Assembly: GCA_963709345.1 (NCBI GenBank)
Contig: CAVPVX010000002.1
Span: 224,001 to 288,000, forward strand
Origin: an uncultured Actinomycetes bacterium
GTDB taxonomy: Bacteria > Actinomycetota > Thermoleophilia > UBA2241
Reading direction: 5' to 3'
Length of the DNA: 64,000 bases
Shown here: positions 38,046 through 50,286 of the stretch, one piece after another
How positions within the stretch are numbered: the first letter of the stretch is position 1
Layout: every line of letters begins with the position of its first letter
The notes under the pieces: generated by a model
What the model was told of the DNA's origin: nothing
The model's input: the letters and a program-made list of their open reading frames with translations, nothing else
Database searches by the model: none
Program-made: the position numbers and the translations under genes

Positions 38046-38565
38046 CGAGCCCCTCCCACTCGACCTGTTCGAGCACCTCCGCCTGGCGAAGCGCCATCTG
38101 CCCGGCGTCGACCTCGTGGTCGTACCCGAGGAGGTGAAGCGCGCCGTGGGCGAGAAGGACGGCCAGCTCCAGAGCAGGCGGCAGGTCGTCGGCGCGCGCC
38201 TGGCGAACGGCCTGGCGCGCGCAGATCACGATGTCGCCGAGCAGGCGCGGCGGCCCGTCCGCGGCGGCCGCCGCCTCGTCGGAGGCGCCGCCGGCGCCGG
38301 CCTCCGCCGCAGGCGCGGGGCCTCCGGCGGCCGTCCCCGCCGGCCCGTCGGGCGCATCCTCGAGCGGGAACGAAAGCACATCGGTGACCTCGTCCCTGCC
38401 GCGATGCTCGCGATTGAGGGCACGGATGCGGCGCTCGCCGACGAACTCCACGGCGAGTTCCGCGCCGTGCACGCCCTCCGCGGTCAGCACGGCGGCGACG
38501 AGACGGGCGGCGACATCCTCGTCGACGGTCACGCGGGTCCGGTTGACGACCTCGACCAGGTTCAT
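38029..38565 (-). CDS. ybeY: rRNA maturation endoribonuclease YbeY
   Basis: TDVLSFP, LGDIVI, HGALHLLGYDH. Confidence 0.94.
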   Translation of the reverse strand: MNLVEVVNRTRVTVDEDVAARLVAAVLTAEGVHGAELAVEFVGERRIRALNREHRGRDEVTDVLSFPLEDAPDGPAGTAAGGPAPAAEAGAGGASDEAAAAADGPPRLLGDIVICARQAVRQARADDLPPALELAVLLAHGALHLLGYDHEVDAGQMALRQAEVLEQVEWEGLVVAPR

Positions 38566-39578
38566 CCCTCGTCCTCCCCGTCGCCGGCGCCGGCGGCGTG
38601 ACGCCGGGAGCGCGCCGCACCCACCTTGTCGTCGTGCTCCTTGTACGCATTGACGATGCGCTGCACGAGCTTGTGCCGGACGACATCGTGCCCGTCGAAC
38701 TGCACGACGCCGATGTCGTCGACGTCGTCGAGCACGTCGGCCACGGTCACCAGCCCGGACGTGCGGCTGTGCGGCAGGTCGATCTGCGTGACGTCGCCGG
38801 TGACGACCATCTTGCTGCCGAAGCCGAGCCGCGTGAGGAACATCTTCATCTGCTCCGGTGACGTGTTCTGCGCCTCGTCGAGGATGATGAACGAGTCGTT
38901 GAGCGTGCGCCCGCGCATGAAGGCCAGCGGCGCCACCTCGATCTCACCCTTCTCGATGAGCGCCGCGAGCTTCTCGCCGTCGATCATGTCATAGAGCGCG
39001 TCGAACAGCGGGCGGAAGTACGGGTCGACCTTCTCGCTCACCGTCCCCGGCAGGAAGCCGAGACTCTCCCCCGCCTCGACCGCCGGCCGCGTGAGGATGA
39101 TGCGGCCCACCTGCTTGCCGAAGAACGCGTTCACCGCCATCGCCGTGGCCAGATACGTCTTGCCGGTGCCGGCGGGCCCGATGCCGAAGGTGATCGTGTC
39201 GCGCCGGATGGCGTCGACGTACAGCTTCTGGTTCACGGTGCGCGGGCCGATCTGGCGGCCGCGGTGCGTCCAGATCACGTCGCCGTAGACCTCGCTCGGC
39301 TTGCCCGACGAATTGACGGCGATGTCCATCAGCGACTCGACGATCGCCGGGTTCAGCGGCCGGCCGCCGCGGATCACGGTGAGCAACTCCTCGATGGCCG
39401 CGCGGGCCTTCTCGACCGCCTCGGCCTCCCCCTCGAGGATGAGGACGTTGCCGCGGAGCGTCAGCTTGCAGGCGAGCCTCTGCTCAAGGATCTTGAGGTG
39501 GGCGTCGTGCTCCCCGGCCAGCGCCATGGCGATCTGGTTGCCGTCCAGATCGATGACGGCGCGCGACACCCGGGTCAC
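38562..39578 (-). CDS. phoH: PhoH family ATPase
   Basis: GPAGTGKT, RPAVEAGE, LGFLPG, AFMRGRT, DEAQN, GDVTQIDL. Confidence 0.95.
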   Translation of the reverse strand: MTRVSRAVIDLDGNQIAMALAGEHDAHLKILEQRLACKLTLRGNVLILEGEAEAVEKARAAIEELLTVIRGGRPLNPAIVESLMDIAVNSSGKPSEVYGDVIWTHRGRQIGPRTVNQKLYVDAIRRDTITFGIGPAGTGKTYLATAMAVNAFFGKQVGRIILTRPAVEAGESLGFLPGTVSEKVDPYFRPLFDALYDMIDGEKLAALIEKGEIEVAPLAFMRGRTLNDSFIILDEAQNTSPEQMKMFLTRLGFGSKMVVTGDVTQIDLPHSRTSGLVTVADVLDDVDDIGVVQFDGHDVVRHKLVQRIVNAYKEHDDKVGAARSRRHAAGAGDGEDEG

Positions 39579-39580
39579 GG

Positions 39581-40039
39581 TCAGCCTCCCAACCGGCCGC
39601 GGACCAGGTCGCTGAGCTGCTTGCCGTCGGCACGGCCGGCGACCTTGGGCTTGAGCCAACCCATGACCTTGCCCATGTCGCGCGGGGTCACCGCGTCGGT
39701 AGCCGCGACGGCCTCGTCCACCAAAGCCTCGAGCTCGGCGCCGGTGAGCTCCTCGGGCATGTAGCTCTTCAGGAGTCCCTCCTCGAACCGCTCCCGGTCG
39801 GCGAGGTCGGTGCGTCCCGCCTCGTCGTACAACTCCATCGCCTCCGCACGCCGCTTGCGCTCGCGCTTGAGGACAAGCAGTTCGTCCGCCTCGGTGGGCT
39901 GCCTGCGGCTGTCGATGCGCTCCTTCTTCAGCGCGGCCACGAAGGAGTTGAGCGCCTCGCGACGCTGCTTGTCGCCGGCCTTGAGCGCGGCCGTGGCATC
40001 GTCCTTGATGCGCTGTTCGATGACGCCGAGCTCTCTCAT
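39581..40039 (-). CDS. yqeY: GatB/YqeY domain protein
   Basis: ALKAGDK, AGRTDLA, YMPEEL, DMGKVMG, GRADGK. Confidence 0.9.
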   Translation of the reverse strand: MRELGVIEQRIKDDATAALKAGDKQRREALNSFVAALKKERIDSRRQPTEADELLVLKRERKRRAEAMELYDEAGRTDLADRERFEEGLLKSYMPEELTGAELEALVDEAVAATDAVTPRDMGKVMGWLKPKVAGRADGKQLSDLVRGRLGG

Positions 40040-40377
40040 ACCATGCCTCCCAGCGGTGCCCCGCCGATGATGTGCCAGTGCAGGTGCATGACCTCCTGGC
40101 CGGCGTCGGCGCCGGCGTTGGTGACCACGCGATAGCCGCTCCCGGCCACGCCGGCGGCGCGCGCCGTGGCGGCGATGAAGGCGACGAGACGCCCCGCGAC
40201 ATCGGCGCCCAGGGCGTCGATGTCGTCGAGCGACTCGTGGTGACGCCGGGGGATGACGAGCAGGTGGACCGGGGCGAGCGGTCGCGCGTCGCGGAACGCG
40301 AGGAACTCGTCGTCCTGCGCCACGACGTTCGCCGGGACTTCCCCGGAGGCGATCCTGCAGAAGATGCACTCGCTCAT
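40036..40377 (-). CDS. HIT (histidine triad) nucleotide-binding protein
   Basis: CIFCRI, AGQEVMHLHWHIIGG. Confidence 0.93.
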   Translation of the reverse strand: MSECIFCRIASGEVPANVVAQDDEFLAFRDARPLAPVHLLVIPRRHHESLDDIDALGADVAGRLVAFIAATARAAGVAGSGYRVVTNAGADAGQEVMHLHWHIIGGAPLGGMV

Positions 40378-40381
40378 CGCG

Positions 40382-41674
40382 TCACTCCTCCACGCTGCCG
40401 GCGACGCCGCCCGGGATCACTGTGTCCGCGACGGCGCCGACCAGCTCGCCGCGCCGCGCGGCCCCGCGCAGTGAATAGCGGATATAGTCCGAACTGTACC
40501 CGTTCCAGAGGCCGTCGCGCCGCTCTTCGACGAGGACCTCGGCCCTTCGCCCCAAGGCACCGCGGCGCGCGGCGCTGGCGGCCGCCGAGGCGGCCTCCAG
40601 CGCGCGGCCCATGCGCTCCTTGGCCAGCGCGGCCGGCACGGGCGGCAACTCCGCCGCCGCCGTCCCCGGCCGCGCCGAGTAGGCGAAGACGTGGACGCGC
40701 CCGAAGAGGCCACTCTCGATGGCCTCCAGCGTGCGCGCGAAGGCGGCTTCGTCCTCTGTCGGGAACCCGACGATCACGTCGGTGCTCAGCATACCGCCGC
40801 CGGGCAGGCGCTGCATGCCGGCGACGGCGGCGAGGTACTGCGCGAACGTGTAGGGACGGCGCATCGCCGCCAGCACGCCGTCGTCGGCCGACTGCAGCGG
40901 TACGTGCAGGTGGCGCGCGACGCGCGGGTGCTCCAGCCACTCCAGCAGCCGGGGAGTGACGTGGCGCGGCTCGAGTGACGAGAGACGGACCCGCCGGAGG
41001 CCGTCCAGCCCGGCGACCGCCTCCACCAGGTCGGGAAGACGCAGGCGGCCATCGCGCCAGGCGCCGAGGTCGATGCCGCTCAGCACCACTTCGCCGCAGC
41101 CGCGCACGAGCCCCCTACGGGCGGTCGCGAGCGCGTCGGCGAGCGGGATGCTGCACGGCTTCCCGCGCACGATCCGCACGACGCAGTAGGTGCAGGAGCC
41201 GGCGCAGCCGTCCTGCACCTTCAGCACCAGCCGGGTGCGCGAGCCGGCGGTCGCCGGCGCGGCGACCACCGGCTTCGGGGTCGCAGCGGCGGCGGAGCCC
41301 GACTGAGCAGCGGACACGGATGAGGCCGGCGGCGATGCTTCCCGCGCCGGCCCGGTGACGAGCCCGGCCGCCAGCGCACCCCAGTCCGGCCGGGGAACGA
41401 CGACCACCCCAGGGCCGGCGAACCGACCGGGGTCGAGCCGGGTGGCGCAACCCGTGGCGACGACCTGCGCGCCGCCCGACGCGACGCGCCGGACGAGACG
41501 GCGCGACTTGCGCTCTGCCTCAGCCGTCACGCAGCACGTGTGGACTACCACAAGGTCTGCGTCGCCACGCGCCGCGGCGACCTCGAGGCCCTGAGCTGCC
41601 AGAGCGGCGAGGGCCTGGTCGCCGTCCGCCTGGCTGATCTTGCAGCCGACGAACACCGCGGCGACCCTGGTCAC
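40382..41674 (-). CDS. mtaB: Radical SAM tRNA methylthiotransferase (MtaB-like)
   Basis: GCKISQ, TCCVT, KVQDGCAGSCTYC, HVPLQS, DVIVGFP, YSARPGT; follows prmA. Confidence 0.88.
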   Translation of the reverse strand: MTRVAAVFVGCKISQADGDQALAALAAQGLEVAAARGDADLVVVHTCCVTAEAERKSRRLVRRVASGGAQVVATGCATRLDPGRFAGPGVVVVPRPDWGALAAGLVTGPAREASPPASSVSAAQSGSAAAATPKPVVAAPATAGSRTRLVLKVQDGCAGSCTYCVVRIVRGKPCSIPLADALATARRGLVRGCGEVVLSGIDLGAWRDGRLRLPDLVEAVAGLDGLRRVRLSSLEPRHVTPRLLEWLEHPRVARHLHVPLQSADDGVLAAMRRPYTFAQYLAAVAGMQRLPGGGMLSTDVIVGFPTEDEAAFARTLEAIESGLFGRVHVFAYSARPGTAAAELPPVPAALAKERMGRALEAASAAASAARRGALGRRAEVLVEERRDGLWNGYSSDYIRYSLRGAARRGELVGAVADTVIPGGVAGSVEE

Positions 41675-42627
41675 GGACGTCTCACGAGGTGCGCCGTGAG
41701 CCACGTGCCGTCGTCGCGCCGCCCGGCCACGCGGTAGCCGGGGAAGGCGGCGACCGCCTCGTCTTCCTGAGCAACCAGGAGGCCGGCCAGCAGGACGTGG
41801 GTGGGTGGCTGCATACCGCGCCCGCCCTCGCCGCGCCAGCGCACGGCCAGCCGCAGGATCGGCCGCAAAGCTATGTTGGCCACCACGACGTCCGCCGCCG
41901 GAAGCAGGTAGCCCGGGTCGGTGGCGTCGCCGACCATGAACGTCGGCGCAAGGCCGTTCCTCGCCGCGTTCCCGGCGGCGGCGTGCACCGCCACCGCGTC
42001 GATGTCGACGCCCCACACCGGAGCGAAGCCGAGACGGAGCGCGGCGAACGAGACGACGCCGGATCCACTGCCGAGGTCGAGGAGCGACCCGAGGGGGATC
42101 GACTGGATCTCCTCGAGGCACTGCCGCGTACTCGCGTGCCCGCCGGTGCCGAAGGCGAGTCCGACCTCGACGACGACGTCGAGCAGGTCGTCGCGGGGCG
42201 GGTACCAGGGCGGGCGCACGTAGAGCCGCCCGATCTCGCGCGGGGTGTGGAAGCGGCGCCAGGCATCCTCCCAGCCAGGGGTCTGGCGGGACACCTCGAG
42301 GCGACCACGGGCGCCGATCCCCGACAGCTTCTCCGCGACTCCGGGCTCGGCCTCGGCGCCGTCCTCGAGCCAGAACACCAGCGTGTCGCCGCCGTCCTCC
42401 TCCTGCCAGCCGGCCGGCTGGAGCGCGACGATCGCCCCGACCGCCTCCGGGTGACGGTACTCGAGGACGGCCTCGGGCCGCGTTCTGGTCGCCGCGTCGC
42501 CCGACCAATCGTCGTCCGGATCCGCGCCGACCGCCGTGGACGCCGCCGGAACAGGGGCGGCCGACGGCCGCGCTCCCACCGGCGGCTCCAGACGAAGCGC
42601 GTACCGCGTGTACTGCGCCCGCCTCAC
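41671..42627 (-). CDS. prmA: Ribosomal protein L11 methyltransferase
   Basis: AFGTGGHAST, LLDLGSGSG, DID, VVANI. Confidence 0.9.
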   Translation of the reverse strand: MRRAQYTRYALRLEPPVGARPSAAPVPAASTAVGADPDDDWSGDAATRTRPEAVLEYRHPEAVGAIVALQPAGWQEEDGGDTLVFWLEDGAEAEPGVAEKLSGIGARGRLEVSRQTPGWEDAWRRFHTPREIGRLYVRPPWYPPRDDLLDVVVEVGLAFGTGGHASTRQCLEEIQSIPLGSLLDLGSGSGVVSFAALRLGFAPVWGVDIDAVAVHAAAGNAARNGLAPTFMVGDATDPGYLLPAADVVVANIALRPILRLAVRWRGEGGRGMQPPTHVLLAGLLVAQEDEAVAAFPGYRVAGRRDDGTWLTAHLVRRP

Positions 42628-43772
42628 GAGCGAAAGGCGGCGCGGACCTTGTCGATGAAGCTCTGGTCGGGCTCGTACGTCGTCTCACCGCTGAGCTCCG
42701 CGAACCGGTCGAGAAGGTCGCGTTGCTCGTCGGTCAAGCGGCGCGGGACGAGCACGTTCACCACGATCTTGAGGTCGCCGCGGCCGTGACCCTGGAGCAC
42801 CGGAACACCGCGGCTGCGATACGTCTTCACCTCGCCGGGCTGCGTACCAGGCGGCAGCGCCAATTCGATGTCGCCATCCAGCGCAGGAACACAGGTCGTC
42901 ATGCCGAGCGCCGCCTCTACCATCGTGACATCGAGCTTGAAGATGAGGTCGTCGCCGTCGCGCATGAAGTGCTCGTGGGGAGCGACGCCGATGGAGACGT
43001 ACAGGTCGCCGGGCCTGCCGCTCCGGGAGCCGGCGCCCCCCTCCCCGGCAAGCCGCAGACGCTGGCCGTCGGCGATGCCGGCAGGGACTTCGACCGACAC
43101 CGTACGCGTGCCGCGGATGCGGCACGTGCCGAGGCACGTCGCGCACGGCTCCTTGACGATGCTGCCCTGCCCGTGACACACGGTGCAGGTGCTCGTGCGG
43201 ATGAACTGGCCGAAGCCGCCCAGGCTCGACACTTCGCGCATGCGGCCGCTGCCGCGGCACTGCGGGCACGCCTCGCGATCGGTCCCCGCGCGCGCGCCGC
43301 TGCCGCCGCAGGTCTCGCAGGTGGCGTCGGCGGTGACTTCCACATCCCTGGTCACGCCGAAGACCGCCTCGGCGAACTCCAGGTCGAGCCGCGCCTCCAC
43401 GTCGTCGCCGCGCGGCGCGGGCGCTCCGCCGCTCGCCGCGCCCCACATCCCCCCCGCGTCGCGCAGGACGGAGTCGAACATGCCGCCGCCGAAGAAGACG
43501 TTGAAGAGGTCGTTGAAGCCGACGTGCTCGAAGTCCGTCATCTGGCGACCGCGCAGACCGTCGAAGCCGTAGCGGTCGTAGGCGGCGCGTGTGTCGGCGT
43601 CGCTCAGCACCTCATACGCCTCCGCCGCTTCCTTGAACTGCGCCTCGCAGTCGGGGTCGCCGGAGTTGACGTCGGGGTGGCATTCCCTCGCCAGCTTGCG
43701 GAAGGCCGTCTTGATCTCGCCGGCGTCGGCGTCACGCCGCACGCCGAGCACGTCGTAGTAGTCACGCTTCAC
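42624..43772 (-). CDS. dnaJ: Chaperone DnaJ
   Basis: J domain HPD, four CxxCxG repeats, C-terminal domain. Confidence 0.96.
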   Translation of the reverse strand: MKRDYYDVLGVRRDADAGEIKTAFRKLARECHPDVNSGDPDCEAQFKEAAEAYEVLSDADTRAAYDRYGFDGLRGRQMTDFEHVGFNDLFNVFFGGGMFDSVLRDAGGMWGAASGGAPAPRGDDVEARLDLEFAEAVFGVTRDVEVTADATCETCGGSGARAGTDREACPQCRGSGRMREVSSLGGFGQFIRTSTCTVCHGQGSIVKEPCATCLGTCRIRGTRTVSVEVPAGIADGQRLRLAGEGGAGSRSGRPGDLYVSIGVAPHEHFMRDGDDLIFKLDVTMVEAALGMTTCVPALDGDIELALPPGTQPGEVKTYRSRGVPVLQGHGRGDLKIVVNVLVPRRLTDEQRDLLDRFAELSGETTYEPDQSFIDKVRAAFRS

Positions 43773-43794
43773 AGGTCGCCCCAGTCGGGAGTGG

Positions 43795-44814
43795 TCACCA
43801 GATATCTTCCAGATAGGCGCTCAGGCCGTCGGCGGTCGCCCGCACGGTGGCGATGACGCGCTGGTAGTCCATGCGCGTGGGTCCGAGCACGCTCACAGTG
43901 CCGAGGTTGCGATTCGCGACCCCGTAGTTGGCCGCCACGAGCGAGCAGGCCCGGAGCGACGGCGGCGCCATCTCGTGACCGATGCGCAAGTACACCCCGT
44001 CCTCGCGCATCGCACCGGCCAGCAGCTCCAGAAGATTGTAGCGTTGTTCGAGCATCTCGAGCACCTCGTTCAGATGCCCCGTGCCCTCCCGCGTCAGGTT
44101 GTCGAGCAGGCGCGACGCCCCGCCGAGGTGCAGACCCTCCACATCGCCGACGCTCGGCGCTTCGAACGCAGGTCGCAGGCTCTCCAGGAAGGCGCGCTCC
44201 TTGGGCCGCAGATCGAGGCTCTCGAACACGGCGGCGACGTGCCTCGTCCCCAGCTGCGCACCGATGAGGCGCTCGTTGAGGTAGACGCGCGCGAACTCGG
44301 CCAGACCCTCGTCGACGGCGCCGGCGAAGTCGAAGATGCGCTTGGTCACCTGACCGGACGTCGTGATGAGCACGACCATGACCAAATGCGGCTGAAGCGC
44401 GAGGACCTCGATGTGGCGGAGGGAGGAGGTCGTCACGGCGGGAGCGGAGACCACGGCCATGAGCTCCGTGACGCGCGACAGCGCTTCGGCGGTCTCGCGC
44501 AGGGCGTCGTCGATCTCGCTGCGGGCGCGGTCACGCACCAGCGAAAGGGCCGGCGCGGCCTCACGCCGCTCGCCGACGACCACGTCGACGTAGTGCCGGT
44601 AGCCGGTGTCGGTGGGGACGCGACCCGCCGACGTGTGCGGATGCGCAAGCATGCCGATGTCTTCGAGGTCGGCGAGGTCGTTGCGGATGGTCGACGCGGC
44701 GACCCCGAGACCGAAGTGCTCACTGAGATGCTTGGAGCCCACGGGCGCGCCCGAGGCGATGTACTCCTCTATGACGGTCCTGAGGACCCGTTCCTGCCGT
44801 GCCGTGAGCGGCAA
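43795..44814 (-). CDS. hrcA: Heat-inducible transcription repressor HrcA
   Basis: PVGSK, STIRND, HTSAGRVPT, LGPTRMDY. Confidence 0.96.
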   Translation of the reverse strand: MPLTARQERVLRTVIEEYIASGAPVGSKHLSEHFGLGVAASTIRNDLADLEDIGMLAHPHTSAGRVPTDTGYRHYVDVVVGERREAAPALSLVRDRARSEIDDALRETAEALSRVTELMAVVSAPAVTTSSLRHIEVLALQPHLVMVVLITTSGQVTKRIFDFAGAVDEGLAEFARVYLNERLIGAQLGTRHVAAVFESLDLRPKERAFLESLRPAFEAPSVGDVEGLHLGGASRLLDNLTREGTGHLNEVLEMLEQRYNLLELLAGAMREDGVYLRIGHEMAPPSLRACSLVAANYGVANRNLGTVSVLGPTRMDYQRVIATVRATADGLSAYLEDIW

Positions 44815-44815
44815 C

Positions 44816-46069
44816 CTACCCCCTTAAATGCGGAGAGCGAAACAGGCGCACGCACACCTCGTTGGCCACGTGCCTCCCCTTTCGCGTCACGCGGATTGTA
44901 CCACTGTGCAGGGAAACCAATCCAGCCGCGATCAGAGGGGCCGCCGCGTCGTGATCGACGGCGACGTCGATCTCGGCGAGCGACACCCGCTCGCCGCTGC
45001 GTGCCGCAAGCAGCAGGCGTTCGCGAGCGCGCGTGGCCGCGTCGAGGCGCTCCACCTCACGCGGCGGGGGCGCGCCCGCCGCCAGCGTCGCCGCCCACGC
45101 CTCCGGCTCGGGGGCGTTCGTCCAGCGTCTCGCGCCCACAGTACTGACGGCGCCCGGCCCCAGACCGAGATACGGGCGGGCGCGCCAGTACGCCAGGTTG
45201 TGGCGCGCCTTGCGGCCGGGCAGCGCGAAGTTGCTGACCTCGTACCAGTCGTACCCGGCGCGCGAAAGCGACCTCACGACAAGCTCGTAGCGGTCGGCGG
45301 CGGCGTCCGTGCCTCCGTCTTCCGACTCCCTCATGCGCGCCGCGAGCGGGGTGCCCGGCGCGACCGTGAGCTCGTACCAGGAGACGTGATCCGGGCGCAA
45401 CGAGAGGACCGCGGCGATATCCGCCTCGACATCGTCTGGCGTCTGGCCCGGGATGCCGTGGATGAGGTCGATGCTCAGGTTCGCGACGCCGGCGTCGCGC
45501 AGGCGGCCGAACGCCTCGGCCGGATCAGCCTGCGTGCGCCGGCCCAGCGCCGCCCGCAGCTCAGGCGCGAAGCTCTGGGCCCCGAGTGACACGCGCACGC
45601 CACAAGCCGCGTCGCGCCCGCGGGCGAGGGGCGCGGCAGCCACCCACGCGGCGAAATCGACGTCGACGTCCTCTGGGTTCGCCTCGACGGTGACCTCGGC
45701 GCGAGGCGTCAGGCAGGGTCGGAAGAGCTCGAGCAGACGCTCGAGCCGGTGCGGCCCCAGCAGGCTCGGCGTCCCGCCGCCGAGGTAGAGCGTGTGGAGA
45801 CGGCGCACGTCGTATGCCGCCCGCTCGCGCTCCCACTCGGCGGCCACGCCGTCCACGAACGTGTCGAGGCGGCGGGCGGCCTCCGCCCCCGCCCGCCCGG
45901 ACCCGGCCGGCTGCATCCCGGCCGCGTTCATCGGCACGGAGGCGAAGTCGCAGTAGTCGCACTTCGCCCGGCAGAAGGGCACGTGGAGGTAGACGTGACG
46001 GACAGGGCCGGCGAACGCCGCGGGCACGCCGGCGCCGGCCGGCTCCGCGGCGCCGGGGGAGCCGCTCAC
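44816..46069 (-). CDS. hemW: Radical SAM heme chaperone HemW (HemN-like)
   Basis: YLHVPFCRAKCDYC, GGGTPS, EANP, YEVSNF, HNLAYW; lepA-hemW-hrcA context. Confidence 0.9.
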   Translation of the reverse strand: MSGSPGAAEPAGAGVPAAFAGPVRHVYLHVPFCRAKCDYCDFASVPMNAAGMQPAGSGRAGAEAARRLDTFVDGVAAEWERERAAYDVRRLHTLYLGGGTPSLLGPHRLERLLELFRPCLTPRAEVTVEANPEDVDVDFAAWVAAAPLARGRDAACGVRVSLGAQSFAPELRAALGRRTQADPAEAFGRLRDAGVANLSIDLIHGIPGQTPDDVEADIAAVLSLRPDHVSWYELTVAPGTPLAARMRESEDGGTDAAADRYELVVRSLSRAGYDWYEVSNFALPGRKARHNLAYWRARPYLGLGPGAVSTVGARRWTNAPEPEAWAATLAAGAPPPREVERLDAATRARERLLLAARSGERVSLAEIDVAVDHDAAAPLIAAGLVSLHSGTIRVTRKGRHVANEVCVRLFRSPHLRG

Positions 46070-46697
46070 GAGGTCGGCACCCAGAAGTAGAGCGCGCCGT
46101 CTCTCTCTTCGTCGAGCACGCCGCCGTTCTTCTCGATCGCCCGCCGGGAGGCGGCGTTGCCCGCATCGCAGTCGACCCGCGCCGGGTCGACGCCGAGGAC
46201 GGCGGCGAGCGGCAGCGCCGCGGCCAGCATGGCCGCGGCATGGCCTCGCCGGCGCGCCCGCGGCCGCACCTCGAAGCCGATGTTGCCGCCTTCCTGCAAG
46301 AGGTGGGGCGTCAGACGGTGACGGATCGCCAGCCGGCCGAGGTACTCGCAGCCGGCGACCCACCAGAGTACGGTCTGCGGCACGTAGCCGTCCGGCCATG
46401 ACTCGGATGGCGTGCCCTGCAGGGCGGCGACGTAGCGCACGGACTCGCCCGGCGAGCGTATGTCGGCACCGAGCGCCGCGACGTAGCGCGCGAACTCGGT
46501 GGGGTCCGCGAGCCTCAACTCCCCCAGTTCCACGTGCCGGCCCTCGGCGTGATACTCGCGCAGCGCCGCGAGGAACGAGACGTGGAAGACGGTGGAGGGC
46601 GCCTCGAAGTGCGGCTCAGCGGCCAGGCGGGCGACCAGCTGCGTGACGTCGGAGGCCGGCGCCGCAGGCTCGTCCGGCTCGCCCGAGCCGTCGCGCA

Positions 46698-46698
<1 letters not shown>
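46066..46698 (-). CDS. GNAT family acetyltransferase
   Basis: IRHRLT, GGNIGFEVRPRARRRGHA, NAASRRAIEKNGG. ATG overlaps the lepA stop. Confidence 0.85.
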
Positions 46699-48515
<1,817 letters not shown>

Positions 48516-48580
48516 GACCGCTAATGATACAGGCTCCGGGCGCGGCGGTCGCCCGGCGGCGGAGCGCTCGCGGCGCGGCG

Positions 48581-50164
48581 TCAGTCGACCGGCGGCGGCG
48601 CGGCCGGCCGGGAGCGGCGACGCACGATCTGGCGCACCACCGAGAGCTCTTCGAGCCGCAGGAGCCTGGCGAGCCCGAGATATGCGGCGGCGCCGGCCAA
48701 GACGGCGAGCGCGATCGCCGCGACGAGCCTGCCGAACCCACCGGCGGCGTAATCCTCGAGCGCCCACCAGACGCCGTACGAGACGGCCGCAAGCGCCGCG
48801 GCGCAGAGCAGGGCTCCGCCCGCTGCGCCGGCCATCTTGCGGCCGTCGATCCGCCCGACGTCGCGGCGCAGCAGAACGAAAAGGGCGACGAAGTTGACCG
48901 CCGACACAGTCGCCATGCTCAGGGTGATCCCCTGCACGCCGAGCGGCTTGTAGAGCAGCCAGCACAGCAGCGCGTTGATCGCCAGGTTGCCGAAGCTCAC
49001 GTACATCGGCAACCACGGCTTCTGCATGCTCTGGAAAGCGCGGTTCAGCATGATGTTGGAGTTGGCGAACACGAGGCCGACCGAGAACATGGCGAGCGCC
49101 GCGGCGACCTCCACCGTCGCCTGGGAGTCGAACTGACCACGCTCGTACACCATCCGCACGAAGGCTTGCGGCATCACCGCGAACCAGGCGACGAACGGCA
49201 GCGAGACGAAGACCATCTGCCGCACGCCGAGCGAGACCGTGTCACGGAATCGGACCTCGTCATGCTGTGCTGCGTAGCGCGACAGCGACGGGAACAGCAC
49301 CGTCCCGATGGTCACCGCGAAGATGCCCTGCGGGAGCTGGTAGAGGCGGAAGGCGTAGCCGATCTCCGCCGCGGCGCGATCGCTCACGAACTGCGCGAAC
49401 CAGGTGCCGATGAGGGCGTTGAAGTTGAGCACCCCGAGCGTGATCGTGATCGGGACCATGAGGAGCAAGACGCGGCGCAGCAAGGGATCGCCCAGCCCGA
49501 ACCGTGGCCACAGCCAGCGACCGCGATAGCGTGCGGCGCCGGCGAGGAGCACGACCTCCAGCACCGTCCCCACCAGCATGCCCCAGGCGATGGCGCTCAC
49601 CCCGAGCGACTCCTGGAACAACGCGATCGCGGCGATGATGGTGAGGTTCCAGACGATGGAGACGACGGCCGGCATCGTGAAGCGCTCGAACGAGTAGAGC
49701 ACGCCGCTGATCGCTCCCGCGAGGGAGAGGAACAGGATCGTGGGCACCAGGATGCGCAGAAGCTGCGCCGCGAGAGTCGCGTCGGCCGCCGTGGTGGTCA
49801 GTTCGGGGTAGACGAGTTCGGTCAGCGGGCCGGCGGCGAGCGCGAGCAGAGCCACCGCCACACCGACCACGACGACGATCAGCCCGAGCAGGTTGGCGGC
49901 AAGGCGATAGGCGCGCTCGCGGTCGCCCTTGGCCAGCAGCGAGGTGAAGACCGGCACGAACGCGGCGCTGATGGCCGCGTCGGCGAACAGCTGCTGCACG
50001 AGCTGCGGGATCACCGACACCGAGACGAAGATGTTGTAGCTCGGGTCGACTCCGTAGATCGCCGCGGTGATGACCTCGCGGCCCAGGCCGGTGAGACGGG
50101 AGATGGCTGTCGCCGCGGCGACGATGACCGCCGCGAGGGCGAGCTTGCGCTTGTGGTCGCTCAT
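48581..50164 (-). CDS. murJ: Lipid II flippase MurJ (MviN)
   Basis: [33 protein letters not shown]. Confidence 0.93.
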   Translation of the reverse strand: MSDHKRKLALAAVIVAAATAISRLTGLGREVITAAIYGVDPSYNIFVSVSVIPQLVQQLFADAAISAAFVPVFTSLLAKGDRERAYRLAANLLGLIVVVVGVAVALLALAAGPLTELVYPELTTTAADATLAAQLLRILVPTILFLSLAGAISGVLYSFERFTMPAVVSIVWNLTIIAAIALFQESLGVSAIAWGMLVGTVLEVVLLAGAARYRGRWLWPRFGLGDPLLRRVLLLMVPITITLGVLNFNALIGTWFAQFVSDRAAAEIGYAFRLYQLPQGIFAVTIGTVLFPSLSRYAAQHDEVRFRDTVSLGVRQMVFVSLPFVAWFAVMPQAFVRMVYERGQFDSQATVEVAAALAMFSVGLVFANSNIMLNRAFQSMQKPWLPMYVSFGNLAINALLCWLLYKPLGVQGITLSMATVSAVNFVALFVLLRRDVGRIDGRKMAGAAGGALLCAAALAAVSYGVWWALEDYAAGGFGRLVAAIALAVLAGAAAYLGLARLLRLEELSVVRQIVRRRSRPAAPPPVD

Positions 50165-50286
50165 GAGTCCCTTGATTCGACCGCCGGGGGGCGCTTCTCC
50201 TGCCCGGCCGGCGCCGAGTCTAGCAGAGGGCGGCCTCGCCTCCCCGGCCGGCCGCCCTTACGCGGGTACGTCTGCGCCGGCCGGGC

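Noticed and set aside
38260-38360. Ala/Gly-rich insertion in YbeY, and similar ones in MtaB, PrmA and HemW
   Set aside because: Low-complexity loop expansions common in high-GC genomes; no intein or repeat signature.
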